Shown: positions 28,548 to 37,960 of the stretch, piece after piece
Numbering within the stretch: the first letter of the stretch is position 1
Layout of the letters: each line of letters starts with the position of its first letter
Source of the DNA: a virus
IMG/VR virus record: IMGVR_UViG_3300025168_000044
Location: 26,957-90,956 of that record
DNA length: 64,000 nt
Reading direction: 5' to 3' (one strand)
Notes under the pieces: generated by a model
The model's database searches: none
The model's input: only the letters and a program-made list of their open reading frames with translations
What the model was told of the DNA's origin: nothing
Position numbers and translations under genes: made by a program

Positions 28548-29096
28548 TCAAGACTCCGGCCAACGATTAATAATAGCCCTTCCAACTAAATTACGATTCT
28601 CTTCGTCATACTTTGCGTCGAATAGAGCCTTAAACTCTTCTAGAGTAGTAGTGCCTTTAATAGCAGTTTCTATTGAGTTACATGCTGCTCTAACAGATGC
28701 TCTATAGTCTAAAGTCTCTTGTGGTACTGCTTTATTATTTTCCTGATTACGGATAATCATCCAGTCTGTTGGAGTTAATTTAGAACTACAAGTAGCTTTG
28801 GCTTTTGCAATATGTTTGGTCTTTAATCCCTGTTGAATCTGCGGATTACCTTCAACGTCTAAAACAGCGTTACCTTCTTCATCTACTACTTTAACATCCT
28901 CTAAATTTCTAGCGTTATTAGCTGACCAGTAGAACCTGTTATCATAAGATTCTGGAACTACTTGCTCTTGCCAAGTAAGTCCCATGTCACGCTTAAACTC
29001 GTCTGTCCACCTAGTCCAAACACTAGGATGCATTACTCCATTATCATCTGTCCAACTTCTGCCTGCTAGTATCGTAACACCATTGTATTGCCACAT
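28548..29096 (-). CDS. tail fibre assembly chaperone
   Basis: KLTPTDWMIIR...YRASVR...WP C-terminal pattern; follows fibre genes. Confidence 0.75.
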   Translation of the reverse strand: MWQYNGVTILAGRSWTDDNGVMHPSVWTRWTDEFKRDMGLTWQEQVVPESYDNRFYWSANNARNLEDVKVVDEEGNAVLDVEGNPQIQQGLKTKHIAKAKATCSSKLTPTDWMIIRNQENNKAVPQETLDYRASVRAACNSIETAIKGTTTLEEFKALFDAKYDEENRNLVGRAIINRWPES

Positions 29097-29105
29097 ATTT
29101 TCACT

Positions 29106-29846
29106 CTAGGTTAATGTTAAATCGTTACTACCAGCAGAATCGTCACCGATATTAGAAGAGTTCGTAAATTTTAAATAGAAGCCATTAGTTCCATAATTAG
29201 TAATCCCAGAAAAATCCGTTTTTGGCTGATACACAGAATCAACGGTTTGCGCAAAATCACTCGGACTATATACAAAACCGTCAATATAATGGACATCACT
29301 TAATTCGACATGGCAATAACCGGAACTGCCATAAGGATTTCTGCCAATAACAAATGTGTTAATGCCGGAATCTGTTTTATTTAATGCGTAAAATGTGTGA
29401 TTCGCCGGGGGATAAGTGTTTCCTGTGCCAGTTGGACCCGTTATATTTACGTTGTCAACAAATATTTTAACACGATTAGTATCAAGCGTTTGCGTATAAT
29501 CAATTGACATAACTATATGATACAAAGTGCCTGCGACTGGCCCAGCAGTTGATCTTTTGTAGTAGGTATAAGTGTTTCTTTCAATCAACCACCATGTCCC
29601 TGCACCCTGACGCACTAGCATAGTGTCATCAGTACCGTCCCCTTGGCCGAATAATGTATGATCACCAGTAGCAGAAATAGTGACGAATTTAACCCAAGCA
29701 CTAAACGTCATTTTTTGCGTAGATCCAGCAGTAGTTACAGTCCGCGATAAAAAATTACTAGTACCGTTTAAAGTGAGAATTTCGTTGCTATCAAACCCAG
29801 ACCACGGGCCACTGCTGCTATGTACTGTTCCTTGTATAATGCTCAT
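29106..29846 (-). CDS. LamG/concanavalin A-like tail receptor-binding protein
   Basis: TFSAWVK, YHIV, FVIG, YGTNGFYLKF motifs. Confidence 0.75.
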   Translation of the reverse strand: MSIIQGTVHSSSGPWSGFDSNEILTLNGTSNFLSRTVTTAGSTQKMTFSAWVKFVTISATGDHTLFGQGDGTDDTMLVRQGAGTWWLIERNTYTYYKRSTAGPVAGTLYHIVMSIDYTQTLDTNRVKIFVDNVNITGPTGTGNTYPPANHTFYALNKTDSGINTFVIGRNPYGSSGYCHVELSDVHYIDGFVYSPSDFAQTVDSVYQPKTDFSGITNYGTNGFYLKFTNSSNIGDDSAGSNDLTLT

Positions 29847-30754
29847 TATTCTAACTTCCCACTAACAACAACATATACAAGAGTACCGTCACAAATATAA
29901 CTAAGCCAATAAGTACCTGTTGCTGATATTGTTGTAGCATCTCCAGACTTTATTTTTACAACACTTGTATTTACTGAAACAGTGTAATTACTGCCATTTA
30001 CAAAAATTATATTGCCTGACTGACCTGCTGCTGCGGATACATTCGTAAATGTAAATCCTGACGAAGTAATATGAGCAGTTGGAGTACATTTAAAATTATT
30101 AGTTACTGCCAAGTCAAAAGAACCACCATTTGTAGTTGAATTTGCTGTAACCGTACCTCTATTTGCTGCAGTAAATGTCTGATCTGCAGTTAAGTCAGCA
30201 AGATCAGCATTATAGGCTTGAACGTCTGTTCCAATAGCTAACCCAAGTGTAGTACGTTGGTCTGAAGCAGTAGCATCAGCTAGCAATGCTCTTCCTACTG
30301 CAGTCAAATCAGCAACTGCATAAGTATCTAAATCAGTAGCATAAATCATTTTATTTGCTGCAGTAGTTAACCCACTAATAGAAGTTAGTCCTGCATCTAA
30401 TGGCTGAACGTCAGCTTCTTTTGCTAATCTTACCCAACTAGTTCCATGAGCAAAATAAGCATTGAAATCACTTACTCCTCCAACAACGTCTGTTTCGTCT
30501 GCATGAACATGAGCAAATCTACCATGATTAGCACTTGCTGTAGGTAATAAACTATAACTAGAGTACAGTGGAGGTGCTATTTTTTCATCATGTATAGCTG
30601 CTCCAGAAGATACACTAGCATTTACTACTGCATTTGAAGCTAACTTATCAGCAGTTACTGCATCATCAGCTAGATCTACTTCTACAATAATACCGTCTGC
30701 AATATCTGCTGAAGTTAAAGGTGAAGCTGCTGGGGTTTTTCCTATATAAGCCAT
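29846..30754 (-). CDS. tail fibre protein
   Basis: MAYIGKTP start; ADDAVTADKLA repeats; RTTLGLAIGTDVQAY. Confidence 0.75.
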   Translation of the reverse strand: MAYIGKTPAASPLTSADIADGIIVEVDLADDAVTADKLASNAVVNASVSSGAAIHDEKIAPPLYSSYSLLPTASANHGRFAHVHADETDVVGGVSDFNAYFAHGTSWVRLAKEADVQPLDAGLTSISGLTTAANKMIYATDLDTYAVADLTAVGRALLADATASDQRTTLGLAIGTDVQAYNADLADLTADQTFTAANRGTVTANSTTNGGSFDLAVTNNFKCTPTAHITSSGFTFTNVSAAAGQSGNIIFVNGSNYTVSVNTSVVKIKSGDATTISATGTYWLSYICDGTLVYVVVSGKLE

Positions 30755-31086
30755 TATGTAGACTCCAATACTGATACAATTACATCTGCTGAAGATGCTG
30801 TATTTGAGGTAATAGTTATTTTATCTCCAGTTTCTAGCACTACTTTCTGATCTCCTCCAATTAGTACAAGAGAAGATCCTGTGCCTATAGGTGCTGCTTT
30901 GACTATAAAGGGAGTAGCAGAAGCACTAGAATCTGTAATAGTTGCATCTATTGTAATAGAAGAACTATGCCTGTTAGCTACTGTAGCACCAATGACAGTA
31001 GCAGTTACTCCACTTCCAGCAGTGTATACATCCTCTCCTGTCGTACCTACTGAAACTTTTACTGCATTTTTAAATACATTAGCCAT
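30754..31086 (-). CDS. small tail-associated beta-rich protein
   Basis: MANVFKN...KVVLETGDKI family typical of marine podovirus tail modules. Confidence 0.7.
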   Translation of the reverse strand: MANVFKNAVKVSVGTTGEDVYTAGSGVTATVIGATVANRHSSSITIDATITDSSASATPFIVKAAPIGTGSSLVLIGGDQKVVLETGDKITITSNTASSADVIVSVLEST

Positions 31087-31089
31087 AAA

Positions 31090-33108
31090 TTATCCTAAAG
31101 CAATTGCAAATGATACTGCTTCATCTGTAGTTCCTAAATTAGTTCTAGCTGTGGCAGCATTAGTTAAGTCACTTAAATTATTTGTTTTATCTAGAATATT
31201 AGTTAGTCCTGTTGCTCCTTGTTCCCAAGAAGACCCATTATAGACTTTTAACTTACTGACTGCAGTATCAAAAACTAAGTCTCCTGCATCTAAAGAAGAA
31301 GTAGGTTCGCCACTCTGTATTCTATATCTAGTAGCAAAAGTATTTACGTTAGTAATATTAGTAGCTACTGCTGCTACATTTGCAGCATTGGCAATTGTAT
31401 TCCAAGCAGTATTTCCTAAGTCATATACTCTCAGAGAATTTAGAGTAGTATCCCAATACAAAGCACCGTCTAGCAGAGTACTACCGTCATTGTCTACTGA
31501 AGGAGCAGAAGACTTACTTCCTAAGTATCTGTCATCGAAACTGTCTAATGCAGTTTCTGCAGCAGTTTTTGCAGTTTCTGCAGCAGTTTTAGCCGCTACT
31601 GCTGAAGCAGCTTCTGCTTGAGTATTAATAAGGGCAGTTGAAACAGCAAGAGCAGAAGCTGCAGCATTATTTTCAGAAGTAGAAGCAGCAAGAGCAGAAG
31701 CTGCAGCATTATTTTCAGAAGTAGAAGCAGCTTGTTCTGAAGCAGCAGCAGCAGCAGCAGAGGCAGTAGCATTTGCTGCAGTAGCAACCTGCCCGTCTAC
31801 ATATGTTCTATTGGTTAGATCATTTCCTGTAGAAGGAGCAGCAGAAGAAGTAATTTTATGTGTACCCATGTCTATAGCTGATGCCATAGTCTGAGCATTT
31901 GCGCTGGTCTTACTTAGAAAATTTGTATCTACATAAATTTTTGTGGTGGCATGTAAAGTAGAACTAGGAAAAGCTACAGTAGATCCCCCACTTATTGTAG
32001 CTGCTGGTAAAGTCAATGCTCCTGTTAAAGTACCACCAGAAAAAGGAAGTTTAGCATCTAAAAGATTATTAACTGAGACAGAGAAAGTAGGATCATCATT
32101 TATAGAAGTAGCTAACTCCTTTAAAGTATCTAATGCTGGTGGCGCAAGGGCTACTAGAGTTGCAACTGCATCATCTACATATTTTCTAGTGGCAGCATCA
32201 TTGGGGTTTTGAGGAGCAGTAAGATTTGTAATTGTTTTGCCAGTGTTAGCATCACTGGTCATGTCCAAAATACCAGTAATGGTGACATTGTTAAATGTAG
32301 AAGTTCCAGTAGCAGTAGAAATATTACCAGAAACGTCCCCAGTTAATGGGCCTGACAAAGTTTCACCTACCCCAGAAGCATTTACAGATCCGGTTAAATC
32401 TCCTACGAAAGAACTAGTCGCAGTAATATTTGTAGCATGTATATCAGTAGCTGTAATTGCTGCTGCTACTGCTGCTCCTATTATCGTTCCGTCTATATTT
32501 CCAGCACCAATATCTACGTTTGATAATTCAGCAGTTCCAGAAGTCTGCTTTATAGCAGCAGTAGTCATTTCTCCAGTAAAAGAAGAAGTTGCATCTACTG
32601 CCAGAATATCTACGTTGGCTGTACCGTCTAAATGAAGATCTTTAAACTCTAGAGTAGAAGATCCTATGTCTACCGTATCATCTGCAGAAGGGAGAAGCTG
32701 TGTTCCATTATTTGATACGGATAATACTTCTTGCCAAGTTGCTACTCCAGTATTGTTTGACGAATTAACAGAAGCATCTACACAAATAAAGTATTTATTT
32801 GTAGTTACATTTATCCAAATAGAACCTACATTGTAGCCTTGATTTGCAGAGTTTGCTGGTTGAGGATTACCAGTAGCTGTAGTGTTGTTTAGTCCTGACA
32901 CTCCCCCATTTGATGAAGGAAGAAAACCAGAAATAGAAGTAGTTAAATTTATAAGTGGGCCTTCTCCTGTTGTATTCCCATTATGGCTATGCCCTGTAGA
33001 TTTTTGAAATGCTAGTGCTAATTGATTAAACTCACTATTCAAGGGACTAGAAGTAATATTAGCACCAGGAATAATCGTTGCGGCAGACTTTCTTATATAT
33101 CCAGCCAT
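31090..33108 (-). CDS. tail fibre protein
   Basis: MAGYIR...EFN...GHSH N-terminus; DAATRKYVD, ALDTLKELA, Ala-rich coiled coil, FDDRYLG, NNLSDL..ARTNLG. Confidence 0.85.
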   Translation of the reverse strand: MAGYIRKSAATIIPGANITSSPLNSEFNQLALAFQKSTGHSHNGNTTGEGPLINLTTSISGFLPSSNGGVSGLNNTTATGNPQPANSANQGYNVGSIWINVTTNKYFICVDASVNSSNNTGVATWQEVLSVSNNGTQLLPSADDTVDIGSSTLEFKDLHLDGTANVDILAVDATSSFTGEMTTAAIKQTSGTAELSNVDIGAGNIDGTIIGAAVAAAITATDIHATNITATSSFVGDLTGSVNASGVGETLSGPLTGDVSGNISTATGTSTFNNVTITGILDMTSDANTGKTITNLTAPQNPNDAATRKYVDDAVATLVALAPPALDTLKELATSINDDPTFSVSVNNLLDAKLPFSGGTLTGALTLPAATISGGSTVAFPSSTLHATTKIYVDTNFLSKTSANAQTMASAIDMGTHKITSSAAPSTGNDLTNRTYVDGQVATAANATASAAAAAASEQAASTSENNAAASALAASTSENNAAASALAVSTALINTQAEAASAVAAKTAAETAKTAAETALDSFDDRYLGSKSSAPSVDNDGSTLLDGALYWDTTLNSLRVYDLGNTAWNTIANAANVAAVATNITNVNTFATRYRIQSGEPTSSLDAGDLVFDTAVSKLKVYNGSSWEQGATGLTNILDKTNNLSDLTNAATARTNLGTTDEAVSFAIALG
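31644..31731. repeat. 42-bp in-frame tandem repeat (two copies, ASTSENNAAASALA)
   Basis: identical copies at 31644 and 31686. Confidence 0.9.
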
Positions 33109-33145
33109 TTTTACTTACCTTTTATTTTTGTATTCATTATTTTCA

Positions 33146-34882
33146 TTATCTTCTTCCTGCTACAGAAAATTCAAACACCATTCCTTGTATGGAATAAGGA
33201 TCAAATGCACCTAGCGTAACAAAAGTAAGCTGTACAGCATAGCCACTTCCTTGTATGGAAGTAGTAATAATTGGTTTATCTGTACCACCATAAACAACAT
33301 TTGTTACTCCGTAATCCACACCTAATGCTCCGTATTTTACTGGAGCACCAGCAGAGTCTTGAGAATATGCTGCTGGATTTGTAACTCTAGGATCATCCCA
33401 GTCATAAGTAAGTCCCATTTGCATTGTCAATGGGCCTTCTGCTCTGACAAAAGCATTTACTTTTCTAAAAACTTTTCTAGTCTCTGTATCTCCTAAGTCA
33501 AAATAAGGAGTAGAATATACAGATAAGATATCTTCGCCATTAAATGTTTTACCTGACTCTTGTTGATAAACTTTACCGTCATAATCTCCATGTATCACTA
33601 ATTCTTGAGTAATATTTAGACTACTTGCAGTAGTAGTTTTGATGTACGCAGAGTCACAACATGAGGCTCTTATGCCTAGCAAAGTACCAAACTCCCAACC
33701 TAGTTTCTGATCTGCAGATCTTAATCCGCCAATAACTCCAAAAGAAGAAGGTACAGTAGTAGTGTCATTCCCAATAAAAAATCTTACTTGAGATTTAGAT
33801 CTGATGACTACTGCATTCAGAGTAGTTAAGTCAAATGTAACCGATAAATCTCCTAAGACCTGTTGAATATTTTTGGATATTGTTTCTATTTCAACGTCAC
33901 CAATTCTACTTGTTCCAGCTACAGGTCTAAATCCGTCTGGAGAAAGAAATATTAAATCTCCTCCAATTTCTACTACACTGTCTCTGGCTACACATCCTAC
34001 ATTAGCAGTTACATTATCAATTACAAACCCTGCAGTAACATCTGGTGTGGCTTTTTTAATGGCATTATCACCAAAAATAAATAGATTTGTACGGAACGGT
34101 TTAAATTGAACTACATCAAAACCTACTACTACTTGTCCTGCTCCAGGTGATGTATCAAATTGAAGTGGATCACTAGCAGCAGAATACGCTACTACTGCCG
34201 AATTTGAAGTGTCACCAGACAAAAATAAATGATTTTCAAAATTATCTACTAAAGCAGGTTTATCTAAACAATTAGGCCCACCTGGACTATTAGTACCTCC
34301 ACTATTATTTTTTAGTACTATTTCCCAACTTGTACCGTTAAAAATTATTGCTGGGTTAACTCCGTCTACAAAAACTATTCTATTACCGTCTCCAAAATTA
34401 AATTTAGTAAATCTTACTTTATTTACTGTAGTAGTTCCGTCTGTAGTTAGTCTGGTCAGAGGAGTAACAGAGGAAGCATTTACGTCATGACCTGCACCAC
34501 TTCTTGTAGTAGTTAAAGAATATTTGACCCAATGGTTATTAACTACAGATCTATAAAAACTATATGTGTCTGTTGTAGGATCTTTTCTGGCAGCAATAAT
34601 AATATTTCCTAAAGTAGGATCATCGTATAAAGCTGTACAGAGTACTGGCCCTCTTGCTGTTGTTGTTGCTCCTTTTACTTCTGAATAATTGGTCGATGCA
34701 CTAGTGCCAGCATTATACTCAGTAAATCCTTCTATTCTTCTGTACCCACCAAAAAGACTTACTTCGTAGTTTACTAACCTAGTTGCAGCACCTGGGTTAT
34801 TATCAGATAAATCCAGATGATTTTCATTGGAGTTTAATCCTCCGTTACAAATTACTTTGTATGACTGTATTTGGTCAGGCAT
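33146..34882 (-). CDS. tail nozzle / stabilisation protein (tail tubular B-like)
   Basis: N-terminal GGLN; VGCVARDSVVEIGGDLIFLSPDGFR; STPYFDLGD; follows adaptor. Confidence 0.8.
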   Translation of the reverse strand: MPDQIQSYKVICNGGLNSNENHLDLSDNNPGAATRLVNYEVSLFGGYRRIEGFTEYNAGTSASTNYSEVKGATTTARGPVLCTALYDDPTLGNIIIAARKDPTTDTYSFYRSVVNNHWVKYSLTTTRSGAGHDVNASSVTPLTRLTTDGTTTVNKVRFTKFNFGDGNRIVFVDGVNPAIIFNGTSWEIVLKNNSGGTNSPGGPNCLDKPALVDNFENHLFLSGDTSNSAVVAYSAASDPLQFDTSPGAGQVVVGFDVVQFKPFRTNLFIFGDNAIKKATPDVTAGFVIDNVTANVGCVARDSVVEIGGDLIFLSPDGFRPVAGTSRIGDVEIETISKNIQQVLGDLSVTFDLTTLNAVVIRSKSQVRFFIGNDTTTVPSSFGVIGGLRSADQKLGWEFGTLLGIRASCCDSAYIKTTTASSLNITQELVIHGDYDGKVYQQESGKTFNGEDILSVYSTPYFDLGDTETRKVFRKVNAFVRAEGPLTMQMGLTYDWDDPRVTNPAAYSQDSAGAPVKYGALGVDYGVTNVVYGGTDKPIITTSIQGSGYAVQLTFVTLGAFDPYSIQGMVFEFSVAGRR

Positions 34883-34894
34883 TAGTACTAATCA

Positions 34895-35632
34895 TCAAAT
34901 ATAACTGGATGCTGAAATTCTTTTTGCAGCTAAAACTCTAGTGTCTGTAATATGATCATACTTATTTATCAAGATACTTTGGATGTTTTTTATCCCCTGC
35001 TGAAAGACACTCAAAGCTAGTCCTGCTGCTTCGTTATTGTCCCTAAACATATACATATAGTAAAGAGCACCTTCTACAATTGTAGGATCATATTGAGAAG
35101 GTATTCTTGTCTCAGCAGTAGCACCATTAGCTGTGTCATTTACTAAATCATCAGAGATTAGGAAGTACCTAAAGTTTACTGTGTAGGCTTTATCGGGGGA
35201 AGGAGTTACACCAAAACCTGTACCGTGTTTAGGAAAAACAAATTGAGGAATACTTACTCCAGTAGTTTCTGAAGAAGAGTCTATATCTCTGTGTCTGTTG
35301 TAGTACTCATCCCTTTCCATATATCTTAAAGTAACAAAAGAAGATCCTAACGTACTGTCTTTCTTTATCTGAAAACTGTTCCAGTCTGCAACTTTTAGAT
35401 TTGTAGGCCAAGAGTATTCTTCTTGACCTATAGTTAGAACTTGATCTGCATTTGTAGCGTTAAAAGGCCATTCAAATTCTGCTTGATTAATTTGCCTAAT
35501 AGAATTTTGTACAGAGTCTTTGGCTAAAGCCTGTACACCTAAGACTGTAGTAAAAGCAGCTTCTGCAATTTCTACCTCATTTAATCTTCTAAGTACTTGA
35601 TTTGTAAGATGTAAAAAAGTAGATCCAGACAT
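34895..35632 (-). CDS. head-tail adaptor (tail tubular A-like)
   Basis: FLHLTNQVLRRLNEV, EWPF, PSPDKAY; immediately after the major capsid gene. Confidence 0.8.
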   Translation of the reverse strand: MSGSTFLHLTNQVLRRLNEVEIAEAAFTTVLGVQALAKDSVQNSIRQINQAEFEWPFNATNADQVLTIGQEEYSWPTNLKVADWNSFQIKKDSTLGSSFVTLRYMERDEYYNRHRDIDSSSETTGVSIPQFVFPKHGTGFGVTPSPDKAYTVNFRYFLISDDLVNDTANGATAETRIPSQYDPTIVEGALYYMYMFRDNNEAAGLALSVFQQGIKNIQSILINKYDHITDTRVLAAKRISASSYI

Positions 35633-35670
35633 TGCTCTTATGCTTTAAATTGTAATTCAGTTTAGTTTGA

Positions 35671-35744
35671 CTGGCAGTAGTGAAGCCCGTCCAGATCTAG
35701 AGGGAGTAGACTAGGACGGGGCAAGTACTGAAATGCCCTACCAG
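35671..35744 (-). promoter_or_regulatory. long irregular hairpin after the capsid gene (terminator/attenuator or processing site)
   Basis: CCCGTCC/GGACGGG, CAGTA/TACTG and CTGG/CCAG pairings. Confidence 0.5.
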
Positions 35745-35769
35745 AAAAAGACATTCCAGCACATTTACA

Positions 35770-36861
35770 TTAAGAGGACAGATTATAGTGAGCAGTAAAA
35801 ATAGCTTCTGGGCGTAGTATTTTACGTCCGTATAGCTGCATACCCCTAACTGTATCTGAGAAAGTATCATGTGACCGATAACTTTCTGTCTTAGCTAGTT
35901 GTTGTGCTGTACTTACTGCAGACATATGACCTGCTACCACTACTCCAAAGTTGGTCTGAGAACCTGCTGAAGCAGTTGCTGGGCCAGTTCCTCTAAAAGG
36001 CAAGTTATTGGACTTATAGGTTTTAAATCCTCTAATCAACCCTTCTCCTACTCGACCATTCCTAATTTCAGATCCACCACCAAAGTCACGGTCTACAAAC
36101 TTTGAAGATTCGTCCATTAGAATTTCGTAGAATACTGGGTCAGCAACAAACCAACGGTCTGCTGTATCTACATTAGCTGAATCCATTAAACGTCCAAAAC
36201 GATTTAGAAGTTCTAGAGGAGAAGTAATTGCGGAACTTCCTCCGTCTGCTTTAATGGGAATAGATGTCAAAGCATCTACTGTAGGTGAAGCAGTGGTACT
36301 TCCTGCGCCACCACCAGACGAGTGGAAAGTAGTAATGTTCAGTCTGTTAGCAGCTAGTAGTTCTGTATTTCCAGCAGAAGAATTAGCTTTTGTACCTGGA
36401 ATATCCGCAGTTTCTCTAATAACCCACTTACTACCGTCGTACTTATACCCAGACAAATACCCTAGTACCTCTGAATCAAAAGCATCTCGCAACTTATAAG
36501 CTGCACGGTCTGTTGCTAGATCCATAAAGTTGATATGGCTATGAGCTACTTCAATGTCATCAATTTTGAAAAGGTAGTAGTTAGCTTGATCAATTGTCAT
36601 GGTAAAATCTAGATCAGTCAGAGTCGTAATCCCAGCAGTTACGTCTGTACCCCTAGCGTAAGTTGAAATGGTGATATCCGGTTCTTTGATAATACGGACA
36701 CTGTCACCAAAATTAGAAATTTCACCCATGTAATCGGTATTGGTAATATCTTCACATATAGAAGATTTACGAAATTCTTTCTGGGCTTTTTGAGAGAAAA
36801 TTACTGGTGAAAAATTACCAGTGTTTAAATTAGTGTAACTACTTGCTTTTGCAAACGCCAT
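35770..36861 (-). CDS. major capsid protein
   Basis: GNFSPVIFS, ITNTDYMGEI..GDSVRIIKEP, VRGMQLYGRKILRPEA; downstream of scaffold. Confidence 0.92.
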   Translation of the reverse strand: MAFAKASSYTNLNTGNFSPVIFSQKAQKEFRKSSICEDITNTDYMGEISNFGDSVRIIKEPDITISTYARGTDVTAGITTLTDLDFTMTIDQANYYLFKIDDIEVAHSHINFMDLATDRAAYKLRDAFDSEVLGYLSGYKYDGSKWVIRETADIPGTKANSSAGNTELLAANRLNITTFHSSGGGAGSTTASPTVDALTSIPIKADGGSSAITSPLELLNRFGRLMDSANVDTADRWFVADPVFYEILMDESSKFVDRDFGGGSEIRNGRVGEGLIRGFKTYKSNNLPFRGTGPATASAGSQTNFGVVVAGHMSAVSTAQQLAKTESYRSHDTFSDTVRGMQLYGRKILRPEAIFTAHYNLSS

Positions 36862-36929
36862 GTAGACCTTTAGCCTTATTATTATGTAATGACTGATTCA
36901 AAATGAAACTAAGGAGAATGCTAGATCTG

Positions 36930-37085
36930 AGAAGAGGCTACAAAAGTAACTTAGGTAGATTTGTGTCTGGTTCACAAATGGCTAAGATTTGCAGGTAATC
37001 TTCAAGTAAAAGAAACTGCATCTCTATTGACTAAGTTACTTAGAAGTGGGACTGCAGAGGAAAAAGCAGAAGGTTCTAAGTAATT
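36930..37085 (-). ncRNA. candidate structured leader RNA of the major capsid gene
   Basis: two mutually exclusive 10-11 bp stems plus three inner hairpins in a 266-bp intergenic region. Confidence 0.5.
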
Positions 37086-37127
37086 TACAAATTAATTAAG
37101 TATATAACTTTGTACTAAACACATATA

Positions 37128-37934
37128 TTATCGGGCTGATCCTGTCAAGTCATAATCGAAAGTTCCTTCTCTCATAGACTGCATAATAGCATCCTCATGC
37201 TGCTCATATTCTCTTGAGGACATACTTTGCACCATACTTTCAGAAAATTTCATTCTATTTGTACTAGGAGGATTAGCGGAAGATGTAGACCTATTAACAG
37301 ACCTTGCCGCAGATTTAGTAGAATTTTTCATGCTGCTTTTCCTGCCCCTACCTGTACTGATTCCTGTGTCTACTTTATACAGGTCAATTGCTCTGGAAGC
37401 AGCTTTAGCATCTGTCTGGTTTTTATATAAAGAGTCTTGAATATTCTGAGGTTGTTCAGTTACCCACTCATGAAAATTAGAGTCTGCTCTAATCTCATCA
37501 AAGTCAGGATGAATACTTCGTAACTCATTCTCAGCTTTTTCTTTTCCTACTTGTACTTGTAGTTCTTTAACCTTTACAAATTGTTGTTCTGACTGAGCAA
37601 ATACTTCATGTGCTCTTTTCTGAGCTATAGTATCTATGATTTTAGCTACGTCAGGATATCTCTCAGCCCATGCAGTTATCTCTTCTTCTGTCTTAGGAAA
37701 CTTAATTTGTTTTCTAGTAGCAGAATCTAACTGGCCTTGTAGTTCATTGACTTGCTGTTGATGTTGGTTGACAGTCTGCTGCATATGCCTACGCAGATCA
37801 CCATACCTTTTTTTAAAAGTATCTTCTTCATTAGCTGGATTAGCTGAACCTCCTTGCTCTTGTGCTAAATCTTCAGAGTAAGTAGTCTCATCCCCCTCTA
37901 ATTCTTCTCTATATTGATTCTGGTATCTAGCCAT
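37128..37934 (-). CDS. capsid scaffolding protein
   Basis: FKKRYGDLRRH, HPDF..I...FHEW, RAIDLYK; coiled coil upstream of the capsid gene. Confidence 0.85.
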   Translation of the reverse strand: MARYQNQYREELEGDETTYSEDLAQEQGGSANPANEEDTFKKRYGDLRRHMQQTVNQHQQQVNELQGQLDSATRKQIKFPKTEEEITAWAERYPDVAKIIDTIAQKRAHEVFAQSEQQFVKVKELQVQVGKEKAENELRSIHPDFDEIRADSNFHEWVTEQPQNIQDSLYKNQTDAKAASRAIDLYKVDTGISTGRGRKSSMKNSTKSAARSVNRSTSSANPPSTNRMKFSESMVQSMSSREYEQHEDAIMQSMREGTFDYDLTGSAR

Positions 37935-37960
37935 ATCTAGTATCTCTGTAAATTTATAAT

